Of a stretch of DNA of 64,000 bases, positions 54,060 to 62,795 are shown piece after piece. Under the pieces are notes generated by a model. The model saw only the letters and a list, made by a program, of their open reading frames with translations. It did not search any database and was not told the origin of the DNA. Each line of letters begins with the position of its first letter. Position 1 is the stretch's first letter. The position numbers were made by a program, and so were the translations under genes. Source of the stretch: a virus (lineage: Duplodnaviria; Caudoviricetes); IMG/VR virus record IMGVR_UViG_2974533383_000001, positions 3,593-67,592 of that record; one strand, written 5' to 3'.

Positions 54060-54746
54060 CTAGTGGACCTCGAAGCCGCCGCGGGTGGAGGCGCTCTCAA
54101 GGAACTTGAGCCAGCTCTCCCACCACACAACAGGCTTCTCCTTGTTGCCGTCCTCCTTGTCGATGTACGTGGGGAAAGGAGCCTCGCGCCCCAGCTTGGC
54201 AGCCGTGCGGCACTCATGCTCGGTGACCAACCAGCTGTCGTTGGAGCTGAACTTGTGGGCGGGGATACCCTCGTACTCAGCCTCGGGGAAGGGGGACCAG
54301 CTGCGCGTTGGCCGGCAGCGCTCGGAGTACTCGTTGTCGTACTCGTCGATGCGCTTGTACCAGTCCTCGTTGGACTCCCCCTCGCGCTGATCCGGCTCGC
54401 TGTAGTCCGGCCACGCCGGCATGGCGTCACGGCTGTAGTTGTCCACGAGCATGCCGCGCTCGTTCATGTACTCGCGGCAGCGGCCCATGCCCCAGATGTT
54501 GAGGCGGTAGTAATCAAGCTGGGTCATGCTCATGGCCTCGCTTGCCGCGACAACTTCGGCCTGCGCAGCCTTCCATTCGGTGTCGGCGTGGATGACCTTC
54601 CAGTCCGTGATCCCGTCGATTGCCAGCTGCTTGGTGCGCTTCTCCCGGACGGCCAGTGCTGCATCCCACTGCTCGTCGGCTGCCTTCTTGGCCAGCTGCT
54701 CAGCCTCGGTGTACTCGTAGTTCTTGATGTACATGTCGTAACCCAT
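54060..54746 (-). CDS. conserved phage hypothetical protein
   Basis: MGYDMY, YYRLNIWGM, IPAHKFSSNDSWLVT; preceded by a repeat copy. Confidence 0.8.
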   Translation of the reverse strand: MGYDMYIKNYEYTEAEQLAKKAADEQWDAALAVREKRTKQLAIDGITDWKVIHADTEWKAAQAEVVAASEAMSMTQLDYYRLNIWGMGRCREYMNERGMLVDNYSRDAMPAWPDYSEPDQREGESNEDWYKRIDEYDNEYSERCRPTRSWSPFPEAEYEGIPAHKFSSNDSWLVTEHECRTAAKLGREAPFPTYIDKEDGNKEKPVVWWESWLKFLESASTRGGFEVH

Positions 54747-54791
54747 GGTGTGTCCTATCTGTGGTGGGGGTCGGGTGCCCGACCCATCGGT

Positions 54792-55355
54792 TTACTTGTC
54801 GGGGTTGACGAGGTGGGCGTGCAGGTCATCCTCGTCGTCGTCACCCTCGGCGTGCTCGGCCAGGATGAAGTCGGCTACGTCGGCCCGGTCGGCTGCCCGG
54901 AAGATCGCGGCCAGCGCCTCAATCTCCGAGCAGGTGAAGCTGCCCCACGTGCCGCCGTTGTCGATGCCCTTGAGGACGTCGGCCGATACCCTGACCTGAT
55001 CCCATAGGGCGATGACTTGGTCGATGGTGGGCATGGAGATTGGCGGGGGTGGAGCGAGGACCGAGTGGTCGGCCCCGGCCCGGGTGAGCATGGCCTTGAT
55101 CGGAGAGACCAGCTTGGTCAGCTCGGCGGCGGAGATATCGTCCGGCCCGTCGAAGCGCTCGCGGCGCTTGCTTTCCAGCGTGGCCATGAGCTTGGCCGCT
55201 GCCCGCTTGGGCTTGGGCCAGTACTGCCAGCCGTCGGAGATGGAGTTGGTCCAGCCCATGAGGCGAGCCAGGATTTGCGCTCCCTCGTAGAGGTTGGGTG
55301 TATCTTCTCGGTCGAACCAGCGCTCGGCCGCGTCCAGTACTTCGTCCTGATTCAT
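54792..55355 (-). CDS. hypothetical protein
   Basis: WTNSISDGWQYWPKP motif. Confidence 0.7.
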   Translation of the reverse strand: MNQDEVLDAAERWFDREDTPNLYEGAQILARLMGWTNSISDGWQYWPKPKRAAAKLMATLESKRRERFDGPDDISAAELTKLVSPIKAMLTRAGADHSVLAPPPPISMPTIDQVIALWDQVRVSADVLKGIDNGGTWGSFTCSEIEALAAIFRAADRADVADFILAEHAEGDDDEDDLHAHLVNPDK

Positions 55356-55666
55356 GCTGCTCCCTTGATCCGTGCCTGCTCTGCTTCGGCAAGCAATGTT
55401 TCACGTGAAACGCGGCCCATGTACTGACTGACCTCGTCGATAAAGGCGTCCCTTCCCTTGATCCGCGCTTGGTAATCGTTGGCGTGGTCGCAAACGTTGA
55501 CGGTATCGAAGGGCGTGGGCTGCCCCTTGAAGCTGATGTTGATGTGGGGGTCCCCCTCCCCCCAGGTAAAGACCAGCGCGTAGACCCTGCCCCTGATCTG
55601 CTTATGTCGGATGACCCGGTAAGGGTTCCTCTCCTCCGATCGCTTACGCATCGTTCGCTTGGACAT
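55352..55666 (-). CDS. hypothetical protein (about 104 aa)
   Basis: RBS AAGGAAGGAG. Confidence 0.65.
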   Translation of the reverse strand: MSKRTMRKRSEERNPYRVIRHKQIRGRVYALVFTWGEGDPHINISFKGQPTPFDTVNVCDHANDYQARIKGRDAFIDEVSQYMGRVSRETLLAEAEQARIKGAA

Positions 55667-55943
55667 CACGGGCTCCTTCCTTGGTGACGTCCATCCAGGT
55701 GCATGACTCTGTGACAAACGCTTCACCTTCCTTGTTGATGTGGATGCGGCGAGGGGTTTTACCCACCGGGTAGGCGATCAGGTGGACCACCTCGGGGCGT
55801 GACTCGAAGGATGCGAACACCACGTCGTAGTCGTACTGCCAGCCGTACTCGTTGATCAGCATGCCGATTCGGTAGAACTGGGCATTGGTCATTGACGGCT
55901 GCTCCAGCCCATCGTCGTCGCCGACCGACTCGAACCTAATCAA
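55644..55943 (-). CDS. hypothetical protein (about 99 aa)
   Basis: RBS GGAGG with TTG start. Confidence 0.6.
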   Translation of the reverse strand: MIRFESVGDDDGLEQPSMTNAQFYRIGMLINEYGWQYDYDVVFASFESRPEVVHLIAYPVGKTPRRIHINKEGEAFVTESCTWMDVTKEGARDVQANDA

Positions 55944-56373
55944 AGGGATCCTCCCCTTCCGCTGGTGGGGTGGAACCGCCCGTGATGTTGGTGGCCGGCG
56001 GCTGCTCGGATGCCCAGCGAACCTTGGCCCGGCGCTTGGCATCCTCCTCGTCCAGTGCCAGCACCCAGTAAGCCCAGGTTCCCTCGGGCTCGCCCTCGAC
56101 CGGAGGCCAACGATGCTCGCCAACCTCGACCTGGGTGATGACGTGGTCCGATCCCTCGGGGTGACCCTCGACCGTCCACATGATCGCTCCGTCGTGGCAG
56201 AGGCAGCGGCAGTTGGCGCCCTGCGGGTCCGAGCACTCCTCGTGCCAGCCGATGGAGCACTGCCGGTTGACGTGGTTCTCCCGGCCCTTGATGGCAAGCC
56301 AGTCGGTGTATGTCTTGTCCCAGTCCGCCGGCGCTTTGCCGACCAGCGAGACAACCTCGATGCGGTCAGTCAT
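55936..56373 (-). CDS. protein with CxxxxHxxC...CxCxCH cluster
   Basis: RBS GGAGG; CSIGWHEECSDP..NCRCLCH. Confidence 0.7.
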   Translation of the reverse strand: MTDRIEVVSLVGKAPADWDKTYTDWLAIKGRENHVNRQCSIGWHEECSDPQGANCRCLCHDGAIMWTVEGHPEGSDHVITQVEVGEHRWPPVEGEPEGTWAYWVLALDEEDAKRRAKVRWASEQPPATNITGGSTPPAEGEDPFD

Positions 56374-56917
56374 GGGGTCCTCCAACTTCGGGTGAGTAGT
56401 GCAGGTCGTGGAGCAGGGCCCTGACCAGGTCCAAGCGGTCAAGGTGGTGGAGGTGGAACGTCTCGCCGTTGAGAACCAGCACGGCATGGCCGCGCTCTGC
56501 ATTCTGGACGATCAGCTCGACGTCGCTTTCCATCCTGTCGTGGAACAGCCAGAGGTTGTCGTCCTTCTCGTTCAGGATGGGCGGGACGTGGGTCGGTTGC
56601 CCGACCCTCTCGGCGATACGCTTGGACGCTGGGCGGTTCAGGTCGATGCAGAGCGGGCAAGTTACTTCCTCGATCAGGACCGAGAGCTTGCCGTTCTTCG
56701 TGCCACAGCGGGCAACCTGCATTCCCCAATCGAGATGTGTTGTCCCATCCGCCAGCACGTCGGCCAGGACCATGGGCATGCCGCGCTGGGCTTTCAGGAA
56801 CGCCTCGGACTTGCGGCAGATGAAGCAGGTCACTCGCGCCGGGTCGGTGGACTGGTGGCCCCGGTCCCCGCAGACTGCGTAGACCTCGGCTGGGCTGGTG
56901 ATGAAGTGGACAGGCAT
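56366..56917 (-). CDS. protein with two H..CG..VTCxxC Zn-finger-like modules
   Basis: RBS AAGGAGG; VCG..VTCFIC and RCG..VTCPLC. Confidence 0.7.
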   Translation of the reverse strand: MPVHFITSPAEVYAVCGDRGHQSTDPARVTCFICRKSEAFLKAQRGMPMVLADVLADGTTHLDWGMQVARCGTKNGKLSVLIEEVTCPLCIDLNRPASKRIAERVGQPTHVPPILNEKDDNLWLFHDRMESDVELIVQNAERGHAVLVLNGETFHLHHLDRLDLVRALLHDLHYSPEVGGPHD

Positions 56918-57123
56918 GGGTGTTCCTCCTTGGGGTAGGCCAGCGCCTCCACCACCGCATCGAACTGGGTCCGTGCGGATTGGTAGGCGTCGGTGTTGTG
57001 GCATCCCAGGCAGGTCACAGCCTGGACGTCGGTGGTGGTGAAGCCGCGCTCTCCACATTCGGAGGGCTTCATGAGGTTGGTGCTGGCGGTGGTGGATCGG
57101 AAGTGGACGGCGCGAGCAGTCAC
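56830..57123 (-). CDS. protein with one H..CG..VTCxxC module
   Basis: GTGA-coupled start; VHF..ECG..VTCLGC. Confidence 0.6.
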   Translation of the reverse strand: MTARAVHFRSTTASTNLMKPSECGERGFTTTDVQAVTCLGCHNTDAYQSARTQFDAVVEALAYPKEEHPCLSTSSPAQPRSTQSAGTGATSPPTRRE

Positions 57124-57641
57124 TTGCCCAGCTCGGTCTTGCAGACGGCGCAGGTCCAGCGGCTGGCCCAGTCCATCTCGAAGGAGATGACATTGGTGTC
57201 CACGTCCTCGATGTGGGCGAACAATCCATACCCTTCGGCCAGGCATTCGTCGTGGAAGTACTCGACGTCATAGAACTCAGACGGGGACTCGAGTAGCTTG
57301 CCCACAATGCGGTTGCCAAGATGATCCCCGGGGTGCTGGCCGTAGAACTCTGGGGAGGAGGGGGAGTACCGCTGGACCAGCGCCTCGTCGCTGACTCCAT
57401 CCATGGTGACCAGCGCAAGCTCACCCTTGGGGTAGAAGCGCATCTTCATGGCTTCGGGATCGAAGCGCTGCTCGTCGTAGCAGAAGGCCCAGGCCGGGCC
57501 GATGTAGCTGGCGACCAGGTTGCGGGCCTCCGTCTCAGTGGCGGCGATGACGCGCAGCCAACCGTCGGGGTGTGCGTTCTTGAACAGGGGGTGGGGTTCG
57601 TGTCGGTACTTCTGGCCGAACGTGATGTAGAAGTTGGGCAT
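57120..57641 (-). CDS. hypothetical protein (173 aa)
   Basis: RBS GAGGAG; FYITFGQKY..HP...HPDGW..V.A motif. Confidence 0.75.
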   Translation of the reverse strand: MPNFYITFGQKYRHEPHPLFKNAHPDGWLRVIAATETEARNLVASYIGPAWAFCYDEQRFDPEAMKMRFYPKGELALVTMDGVSDEALVQRYSPSSPEFYGQHPGDHLGNRIVGKLLESPSEFYDVEYFHDECLAEGYGLFAHIEDVDTNVISFEMDWASRWTCAVCKTELGK

Positions 57642-57651
57642 TGGTAGCTCC

Positions 57652-58074
57652 TCAGTAGGTGGGTCGGTTGCCCGACCCCTTCTCAAACAGCTCGTCCCAG
57701 TTGGCGTGCTGCTTCTTGCGGGCCTTGGTGCGCTCGATGTCCCGGCGTACTCGCAGCTTGGCGAGTACATCCTGGGCGGCAGCCTCGAAGTTCTCGGGGT
57801 TGCGGTTCATCATGCGCAGCGCCTCGCTCAGCTCCAGCCCCTTGTCCTCGATGCGCTTGGCTTTGGCCACCTCATGGTGGATGCGGTACATGAGCAGCAG
57901 GGAAGGCAGCCCGATGGGCCAGCCAATCCCGGCGAACATCCCCATGCATGCGGAGAATCCCAGGGTGGGACTTTCCTTGTCGAGGTAGAAGTAGTGGAAG
58001 CGGGCGAAGAAGAAGGCGGTGGTGAACGCAACACCGGGGTAGATCATCCAGAACAGCTGCCAGAAGTCCATCAC
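57652..58074 (-). CDS. membrane protein
   Basis: two N-terminal TM helices (WPIGLP motif). Confidence 0.7.
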   Translation of the reverse strand: MMDFWQLFWMIYPGVAFTTAFFFARFHYFYLDKESPTLGFSACMGMFAGIGWPIGLPSLLLMYRIHHEVAKAKRIEDKGLELSEALRMMNRNPENFEAAAQDVLAKLRVRRDIERTKARKKQHANWDELFEKGSGNRPTY

Positions 58075-58178
58075 TTGCCTGCCTTTCGGTCGATGAAGCG
58101 GTACATGAGCACTCCGACGAGGGTGCCGAGGCCGATCATGCCAAGGGTGAAGATCGCCGCGAACAGAATCAGCTCCAT
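58071..58178 (-). CDS. 35-aa single-TM micro-protein (not in the ORF track)
   Basis: MELILFAAIFTLGMIGLGTLVGVLMYRFIDRKAGK; coupled at both ends. Confidence 0.65.
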   Translation of the reverse strand: MELILFAAIFTLGMIGLGTLVGVLMYRFIDRKAGK

Positions 58179-58477
58179 TACTTGCCCGCCCTCCGCATGC
58201 AGTCCGAGTGGATGCAGCTGCCGTTCTCGATCAGCTCGGCGCAGTCATCCTCGGTCAGCCGGCGGGCCTTGACCACACCGGAGGACAGGTGGGTGTAGTC
58301 GAAGCCCACGGCGTACCCGCCGGGCCTGATCCAGCAGTTGATGTGCGGACCAGCGGCATGGCTGGTACCCCAGGTTCCCGGAGGATGGATCATGTAGACC
58401 TCCATCACGTGCTCCTGGCCGTCCCGCTCGACGATCAGCTTGTCCCCGATCCGGAGGGAGTAGGTGTTCAAGTCCAT
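58178..58477 (-). CDS. hypothetical protein
   Basis: 99 aa; preceded by a repeat copy and an RBS. Confidence 0.7.
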   Translation of the reverse strand: MDLNTYSLRIGDKLIVERDGQEHVMEVYMIHPPGTWGTSHAAGPHINCWIRPGGYAVGFDYTHLSSGVVKARRLTEDDCAELIENGSCIHSDCMRRAGK

Positions 58478-58531
58478 GGCGTTGCCTTTCGGAGGTGGAG
58501 GGTCGGTTACCCGACCCCTCGGTGGGTGGTG

Positions 58532-58699
58532 CTACGTGTCGTAGATGACCACGACGGGGGAGAAGAAGTCATCGGACCACTTCCAGTTCTTGCCCCGCTC
58601 GGCCAGCAGGGCGGTGAGTTCAATGGATTCATCGTCGTAGCCGAAGTCCTTGGCCGCGTTGATCTTGCGGACCAGCGCGGCGATCCGTTGCTCGCTCAC
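58532..58699 (-). CDS. small protein (55 aa)
   Basis: GTG overlaps the upstream TAG. Confidence 0.6.
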   Translation of the reverse strand: MSEQRIAALVRKINAAKDFGYDDESIELTALLAERGKNWKWSDDFFSPVVVIYDT

Positions 58700-59400
58700 T
58701 AGATGCCGTCCCGCAGAACGCGGAGGCTGGTGAGTTTGGCGAGGATTTCCCGCTCGCCCCATTCCTCCCCGGAGGTGTAGATCCATGAACCATCGACCAG
58801 GCAGAGGCTGATCTTCTGCTCGCTGGAGTTCTCGCCCTCGATCACCGAGTACTCCGCCGTCGGCAGGGTGAAGGGGTTCAGTGCGGCGAGCAGCTGGTCA
58901 GCGATCCCCCCGTTTCCAGACTTCCGCCACTTCTTGGTCAGCTCGTCGATGATATCGAGCTGTCCGGGCGTGAGGTTCACCGGCTCCAGCCCCTCCACCT
59001 TGGACTGCAACAGAGCGGTGAGTGGGACGATGGGCACGAAAGCCCGGAGGTGCTGGCCCCCTTGGTTGCCGACAATCAGCTGGACTACGTGCGCCTGGTC
59101 CTCGTCGAAGGACACATTCAGGTCCACCCCATTGTCCACTTGGCAGGGGAAGACGGTGTTGCCACTGATCGGCGTGGTCCACGGTTGGGTGGGTGCGGTC
59201 GGGTCCCAGCCGAGGCTGACCCGGGAGTTCCACGCAGCCAGCTTGTGCTGGTCCAAGACCACCTTCTCCAGCGCCTCGGCGTTGACGGAAATGGCCTTGG
59301 CGCCCCCGCTGCTGGTGATTTCAATGAGGTAGTCGTCGTTCACCCGGTCGATACCAAGGATCGTGCTGGACTGGGGGGCGGAGGAGTTGATGATGGTCAT
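58699..59400 (-). CDS. hypothetical protein, paralog of 59397-59903
   Basis: shared LLAA.NPF..P...VI.G and IL...L.VLR.G motifs. Confidence 0.75.
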   Translation of the reverse strand: MTIINSSAPQSSTILGIDRVNDDYLIEITSSGGAKAISVNAEALEKVVLDQHKLAAWNSRVSLGWDPTAPTQPWTTPISGNTVFPCQVDNGVDLNVSFDEDQAHVVQLIVGNQGGQHLRAFVPIVPLTALLQSKVEGLEPVNLTPGQLDIIDELTKKWRKSGNGGIADQLLAALNPFTLPTAEYSVIEGENSSEQKISLCLVDGSWIYTSGEEWGEREILAKLTSLRVLRDGI

Positions 59401-59903
59401 GACTCGCCCCCTTCCTCGGAGTCAGTGCGGAAGGATTCAATGGCGTCGAGGGTGTATCCCTCGCGGAGAACTTCGAGCTCCTTGTACTCGGCGAGGATAT
59501 CCACGCTGGTATAGCGCTTGCCGTAGTGGTTGATTTCAAACCATGAGTCGTCGGCGTAGATGAACAGCCGGAACTTCTCCTCGCCGGGGCGCCGGCCGCG
59601 GATCACCGTGCCCACCTCGTAGGGCATCTCGAAGGGGTTCATGGCGGCGAGGAGTTCCTGCCGCTGCTGCTTGTTGGTGAACACCCAGCTGTCGGCCAGC
59701 TTCTGCATCCGCTCAAGGAGACCAGTGTCCAGCTCCAGCGCTGCGGCCAGGTCGTTGCGATCGACCCGTATCTGGCCCATGGTTTCCATGAGCGGGCCTT
59801 CACCATCCCTGCCGATGGTTACCACCAGCTCGGAGCCGTCCGGCTGGTGCTGCACGGTCATCGCCCGGTTAATGGTGGTGGTGGACCTGATTTCGTGAAT
59901 CAT
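59397..59903 (-). CDS. hypothetical protein, paralog of 58699-59400
   Basis: shares the motifs above; preceded by a repeat copy and RBS GAAAGGA. Confidence 0.75.
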   Translation of the reverse strand: MIHEIRSTTTINRAMTVQHQPDGSELVVTIGRDGEGPLMETMGQIRVDRNDLAAALELDTGLLERMQKLADSWVFTNKQQRQELLAAMNPFEMPYEVGTVIRGRRPGEEKFRLFIYADDSWFEINHYGKRYTSVDILAEYKELEVLREGYTLDAIESFRTDSEEGGES

Positions 59904-59913
59904 GACGTTCCTT

Positions 59914-60240
59914 TCAGTGGGTCGGTTGCCCGACCCCTAGGTCCTTCTCGAATTGGTTGACGACGGCGGACAGCGCCTTCTTGGTTGCGATCAGGAGGTT
60001 GAATGCCTCCGTGAGGGTGATCTTGTAGCTGAACTCCGGCGCAAACTCAGGAAGATGGGTGCGCTGCCGTCCGGAGTCAGTGTCCCGCTCCACGTAGAGG
60101 TAGTGCGGCTGCCCGTTGGAGCGGCTGCCGGACTGGAAGTGGAGGGTGAACCCCTCCTGCATCAGGCCGAGGTGGTGAGCGAGGCTGTTGATGACCTCAA
60201 CCAGCGCATGCACGTCCTGCTTGGATACCCGGCGGCTCAT
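59914..60240 (-). CDS. hypothetical protein (108 aa)
   Basis: ATGA-coupled start; 3' end contains a repeat copy. Confidence 0.7.
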   Translation of the reverse strand: MSRRVSKQDVHALVEVINSLAHHLGLMQEGFTLHFQSGSRSNGQPHYLYVERDTDSGRQRTHLPEFAPEFSYKITLTEAFNLLIATKKALSAVVNQFEKDLGVGQPTH

Positions 60241-60398
60241 GCCCGGCCTACCATCACGGGGGCAAGACTGCGCATCTTGGCCTTGAGTATGGAGCGCTCG
60301 GCCAGCAGATACCACGGGGTCATCTGGTAGAGGTCGTTGACGATCATGAAGGATTGGAACCGGCGCTCTGCATCGAGGCGTGCCTTACGTGTACTCAT
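60237..60398 (-). CDS. 53-aa protein (not in the ORF track)
   Basis: RBS AAAGGA; MSTRKARLDAERRFQSFMIVNDLYQMTPWYLLAERSILKAKMRSLAPVMVGRA. Confidence 0.65.
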   Translation of the reverse strand: MSTRKARLDAERRFQSFMIVNDLYQMTPWYLLAERSILKAKMRSLAPVMVGRA

Positions 60399-60459
60399 GG
60401 GGTGTGTCCTTTGGTGGGAAGGAGGGGGAGGGTCGGTTGCCCGACCCTCCCGGGGGTGG

Positions 60460-60894
60460 TTAGCGGGTGGAGGAGCAGACGCAGTTGCCTACTCCGCAGC
60501 CGGCATGGTGGGCGTGGAGCCTAATGTAGTGCCCGCAGTTGGGGCACGCCTGGTCGTCTGGGCTGTGGCGGTGAGCGAACTCGTGGTTGTCCGCCGGGTC
60601 CGAGTCGTAGAAGCGACGCACCCACTGGGCATCGAAGCGCTGGCCGAACCGCTCCGGTTCGACGACGACAATCTGGGCGTGCCCCATAATCATGATGACC
60701 GGGCCGGGGCTGCCGTAGCGGCTGCCAACAAAGCCCGTGACGTGCTCCGTTCCGGACGACGTCATCCGGACGTGGGTTGTGACCGATACCTGGCCGGCGA
60801 TGCCCACTTCGAGCTTGAGGTCCAAGACCTCGGCCAGCCTAGCCAAAGTAATCAGCCGGATCGCCGTCGCCAATCGCTTCCATGACGTCGTCAA
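60460..60894 (-). CDS. protein with C-terminal Cys/His cluster
   Basis: CPNCGHYIRLH..H.GC...CVC. Confidence 0.65.
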   Translation of the reverse strand: MTTSWKRLATAIRLITLARLAEVLDLKLEVGIAGQVSVTTHVRMTSSGTEHVTGFVGSRYGSPGPVIMIMGHAQIVVVEPERFGQRFDAQWVRRFYDSDPADNHEFAHRHSPDDQACPNCGHYIRLHAHHAGCGVGNCVCSSTR

Positions 60895-61153
60895 TATTGC
60901 CGTGGCGCATGGCCTCGTCTACCTTGGCCTGCGTCTCCTCGTGGGTGGCGGTGGGGCGCTCGCCGACCACCAGCTGCTGGCCGTGGCCGGTGCCGAGGGT
61001 GCCGGTGCCACGCTCCACAAAGTGAGCGCCACACATGTTGGCCCACGGTCCGTAGATGGTTTTGGCGTCGTACTCGGCGGGCTTGGATACCCCGTCGTCC
61101 TGCTTGCAGAAGTCGCAGTCGGGGAGTGATGCGACATAGGCGATGTTAGCCAT
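60839..61153 (-). CDS. conserved phage Zn-binding protein (104 aa)
   Basis: CDFC..AEYDAKT..GPWANMC..HF..LGTG.GQ. Confidence 0.8.
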   Translation of the reverse strand: MANIAYVASLPDCDFCKQDDGVSKPAEYDAKTIYGPWANMCGAHFVERGTGTLGTGHGQQLVVGERPTATHEETQAKVDEAMRHGNIDDVMEAIGDGDPADYFG

Positions 61154-61244
61154 GGTGTGCTCTCTTTCTGGGTGTGGGGGGTCGGTTACCCGACCCCTCG
61201 GTGGTGTTCTTTGCGGGGTAATTCCGTACAGGGGTATTTGAGGG

Positions 61245-61448
61245 TCAGGAAGTGAGCTTGTCGCGCTCTTCATCGGAGCGTTGACGTGCTTCCTTGACGT
61301 AGTGCAGCGCCGACTCAGTCTTGCCAGCATCGAGAGCATCGACGGCATCGGTGAGAGCTTCGGAGATATAGGCGAAAGCTGCCAGTGGGTGGTGGTTGGC
61401 AGCTTCGGCAGCGACCTTGGCGGGTGACTTACCGGGGGTGAGTGGCAT
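61245..61448 (-). CDS. hypothetical protein (67 aa)
   Basis: first gene after the 61547-61575 promoter; preceded by a repeat copy. Confidence 0.6.
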   Translation of the reverse strand: MPLTPGKSPAKVAAEAANHHPLAAFAYISEALTDAVDALDAGKTESALHYVKEARQRSDEERDKLTS

Positions 61449-61546
61449 GGTGGAATCCGTTCGTTCGGAGCGGGGTCGGTTACCCGACCCCCTCGGTTGG
61501 GGTGTTGGTCCGGTAGGTTCTGGGCACTACCGGACCAACAACACAA

Positions 61547-61575
61547 ACTCTACCACAAGGTACAGATTGTGTCAA
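61547..61575 (-). promoter_or_regulatory. SigA-type promoter
   Basis: TTGACA-17 nt-TAGAGT with extended -10 TG. Confidence 0.85.
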
Positions 61576-61596
61576 GTTTCAAAGTTCAGTGAAGGT

Positions 61597-62010
61597 TCAG
61601 ATGCATTGTTCGGTGAACAGGTACCACACCCCGTTGGTTCCGGGCAGTGCCACCTCTCCCTCTCCCTCAGTGCGGGGGGCGGTGACGTGGTTGTTCCCCA
61701 CGACGTCGATCCGTGAGCCTTGGCTTGGCTTGCATGAGGTCCGGAGTTTGGACCACCCATTGTTGGAATCCCAGGCATCCCAGGCCAGCGCTCGATCCGA
61801 TTCCGTGAGGTTCCCGCAAGCGCGGTTCCCGTGCAGCTGGCAGTCGAAGCCGGGTTCATCTTCCATGGGCTCCTGCGCCGCTATGGAGACGGGAATCTGG
61901 GTCGGTTGCCCGACCCCTTGAACGGTGGGGGTGGAGAGCGCGCCGATGGTGAGGCCGGCGGATACGATGACCAGCGCAGCAGCGGAGGCAGTGAGGGCGT
62001 TGAGTTTCAT
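61597..62010 (-). CDS. secreted or membrane-anchored protein
   Basis: N-terminal signal/TM segment; EDEPGFDCQLHGNRACG motif seen in actinophage membrane proteins. Confidence 0.75.
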   Translation of the reverse strand: MKLNALTASAAALVIVSAGLTIGALSTPTVQGVGQPTQIPVSIAAQEPMEDEPGFDCQLHGNRACGNLTESDRALAWDAWDSNNGWSKLRTSCKPSQGSRIDVVGNNHVTAPRTEGEGEVALPGTNGVWYLFTEQCI

Positions 62011-62113
62011 GGGTGTGTCCTTACGTGGGGTGTGTGGGTAATCGAGTGGGGGAGGGTCGGTTACCCGACCCCTAAGAATGAGCGTGGGAGCTGGGCATAC
62101 GTCCCCCTGGGAA

Positions 62114-62497
62114 TCACAGCTCCCCCACGTGGGCGCCGGGGATGGAGGCTTCCACTATCTGGTGAGCACCGGCGGCAGGCCGGAAGGTTTCACCCATCCT
62201 GCGCTCAAATTCGTCCACGCACTGGCCGGAGGCGTTTTCCAGTGAGACGTAAAAGTCGGGGGCCGACGCCCTAGCGATGACAAACCACCCAAAGTGGGCC
62301 AGCGCTCGATGGTTCTGGGCGTGGGGGTACTGACGTACCCGAGCTTTCCCATCCTGCACCACCACTAGTCGCCAGTATCCCGGGATCAAGTCAGTGGTGA
62401 GGGCGACCGACGCCCGGTAGGGGGCTAACCGCTGGTCGGTGAAGGTGGAACCGCGGACTATGCGGTGAGGGGAGCGACGTTCCATGAGCGCATCCAT
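62114..62497 (-). CDS. hypothetical protein
   Basis: 127 aa; preceded by two repeat copies. Confidence 0.55.
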   Translation of the reverse strand: MDALMERRSPHRIVRGSTFTDQRLAPYRASVALTTDLIPGYWRLVVVQDGKARVRQYPHAQNHRALAHFGWFVIARASAPDFYVSLENASGQCVDEFERRMGETFRPAAGAHQIVEASIPGAHVGEL

Positions 62498-62669
62498 TCA
62501 GTGTGCGGGGTGGGGGTCGGTTACCCGACCCTATGGGCGGTGAGTGGGGGTCGGTTACCCGACCCATGAGTGCCTGGCCGGCGACCCACGTCCCCCTGGG
62601 TAATTCCCTGGGCCGAGCCATGACCAGCGCTCGATACCCGTCACGGGATAGGGGGGAGTGGGGGTAGTG

Positions 62670-62795
62670 CTAGGCGTCTACTGAAAAAGTGAACCGTGAC
62701 CCGTAGGGCAGTGAGTAGAGCCAGTCACTGAGACGGGACGGGATACGGGCAATGGTCCGGCGACCAATGGTGAAGTAGGACTTGCGCGGGTACAT
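62670..62795 (-). CDS. 41-aa micro-protein (not in the ORF track)
   Basis: repeat copy, C/A-rich spacer and RBS AGATAGG upstream, as for other early genes; MYPRKSYFTIGRRTIARIPSRLSDWLYSLPYGSRFTFSVDA. Confidence 0.55.
   Translation of the reverse strand: MYPRKSYFTIGRRTIARIPSRLSDWLYSLPYGSRFTFSVDA

Noticed and set aside
62514-62565. Palindromic repeats plus a Cas4-like gene suggesting a CRISPR array
   Set aside because: The closest pair is separated by only 16 nt, and the other copies are separated by whole genes at irregular distances. There is no cas1/cas2 or leader. Stand-alone Cas4-like nucleases are common in phages.
62391-62621. 76-aa ORF reading through the tandem repeat copies
   Set aside because: It is mostly Pro/Arg-rich translation of the repeats and intergenic sequence and overlaps 62114-62497. 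Support is insufficient.
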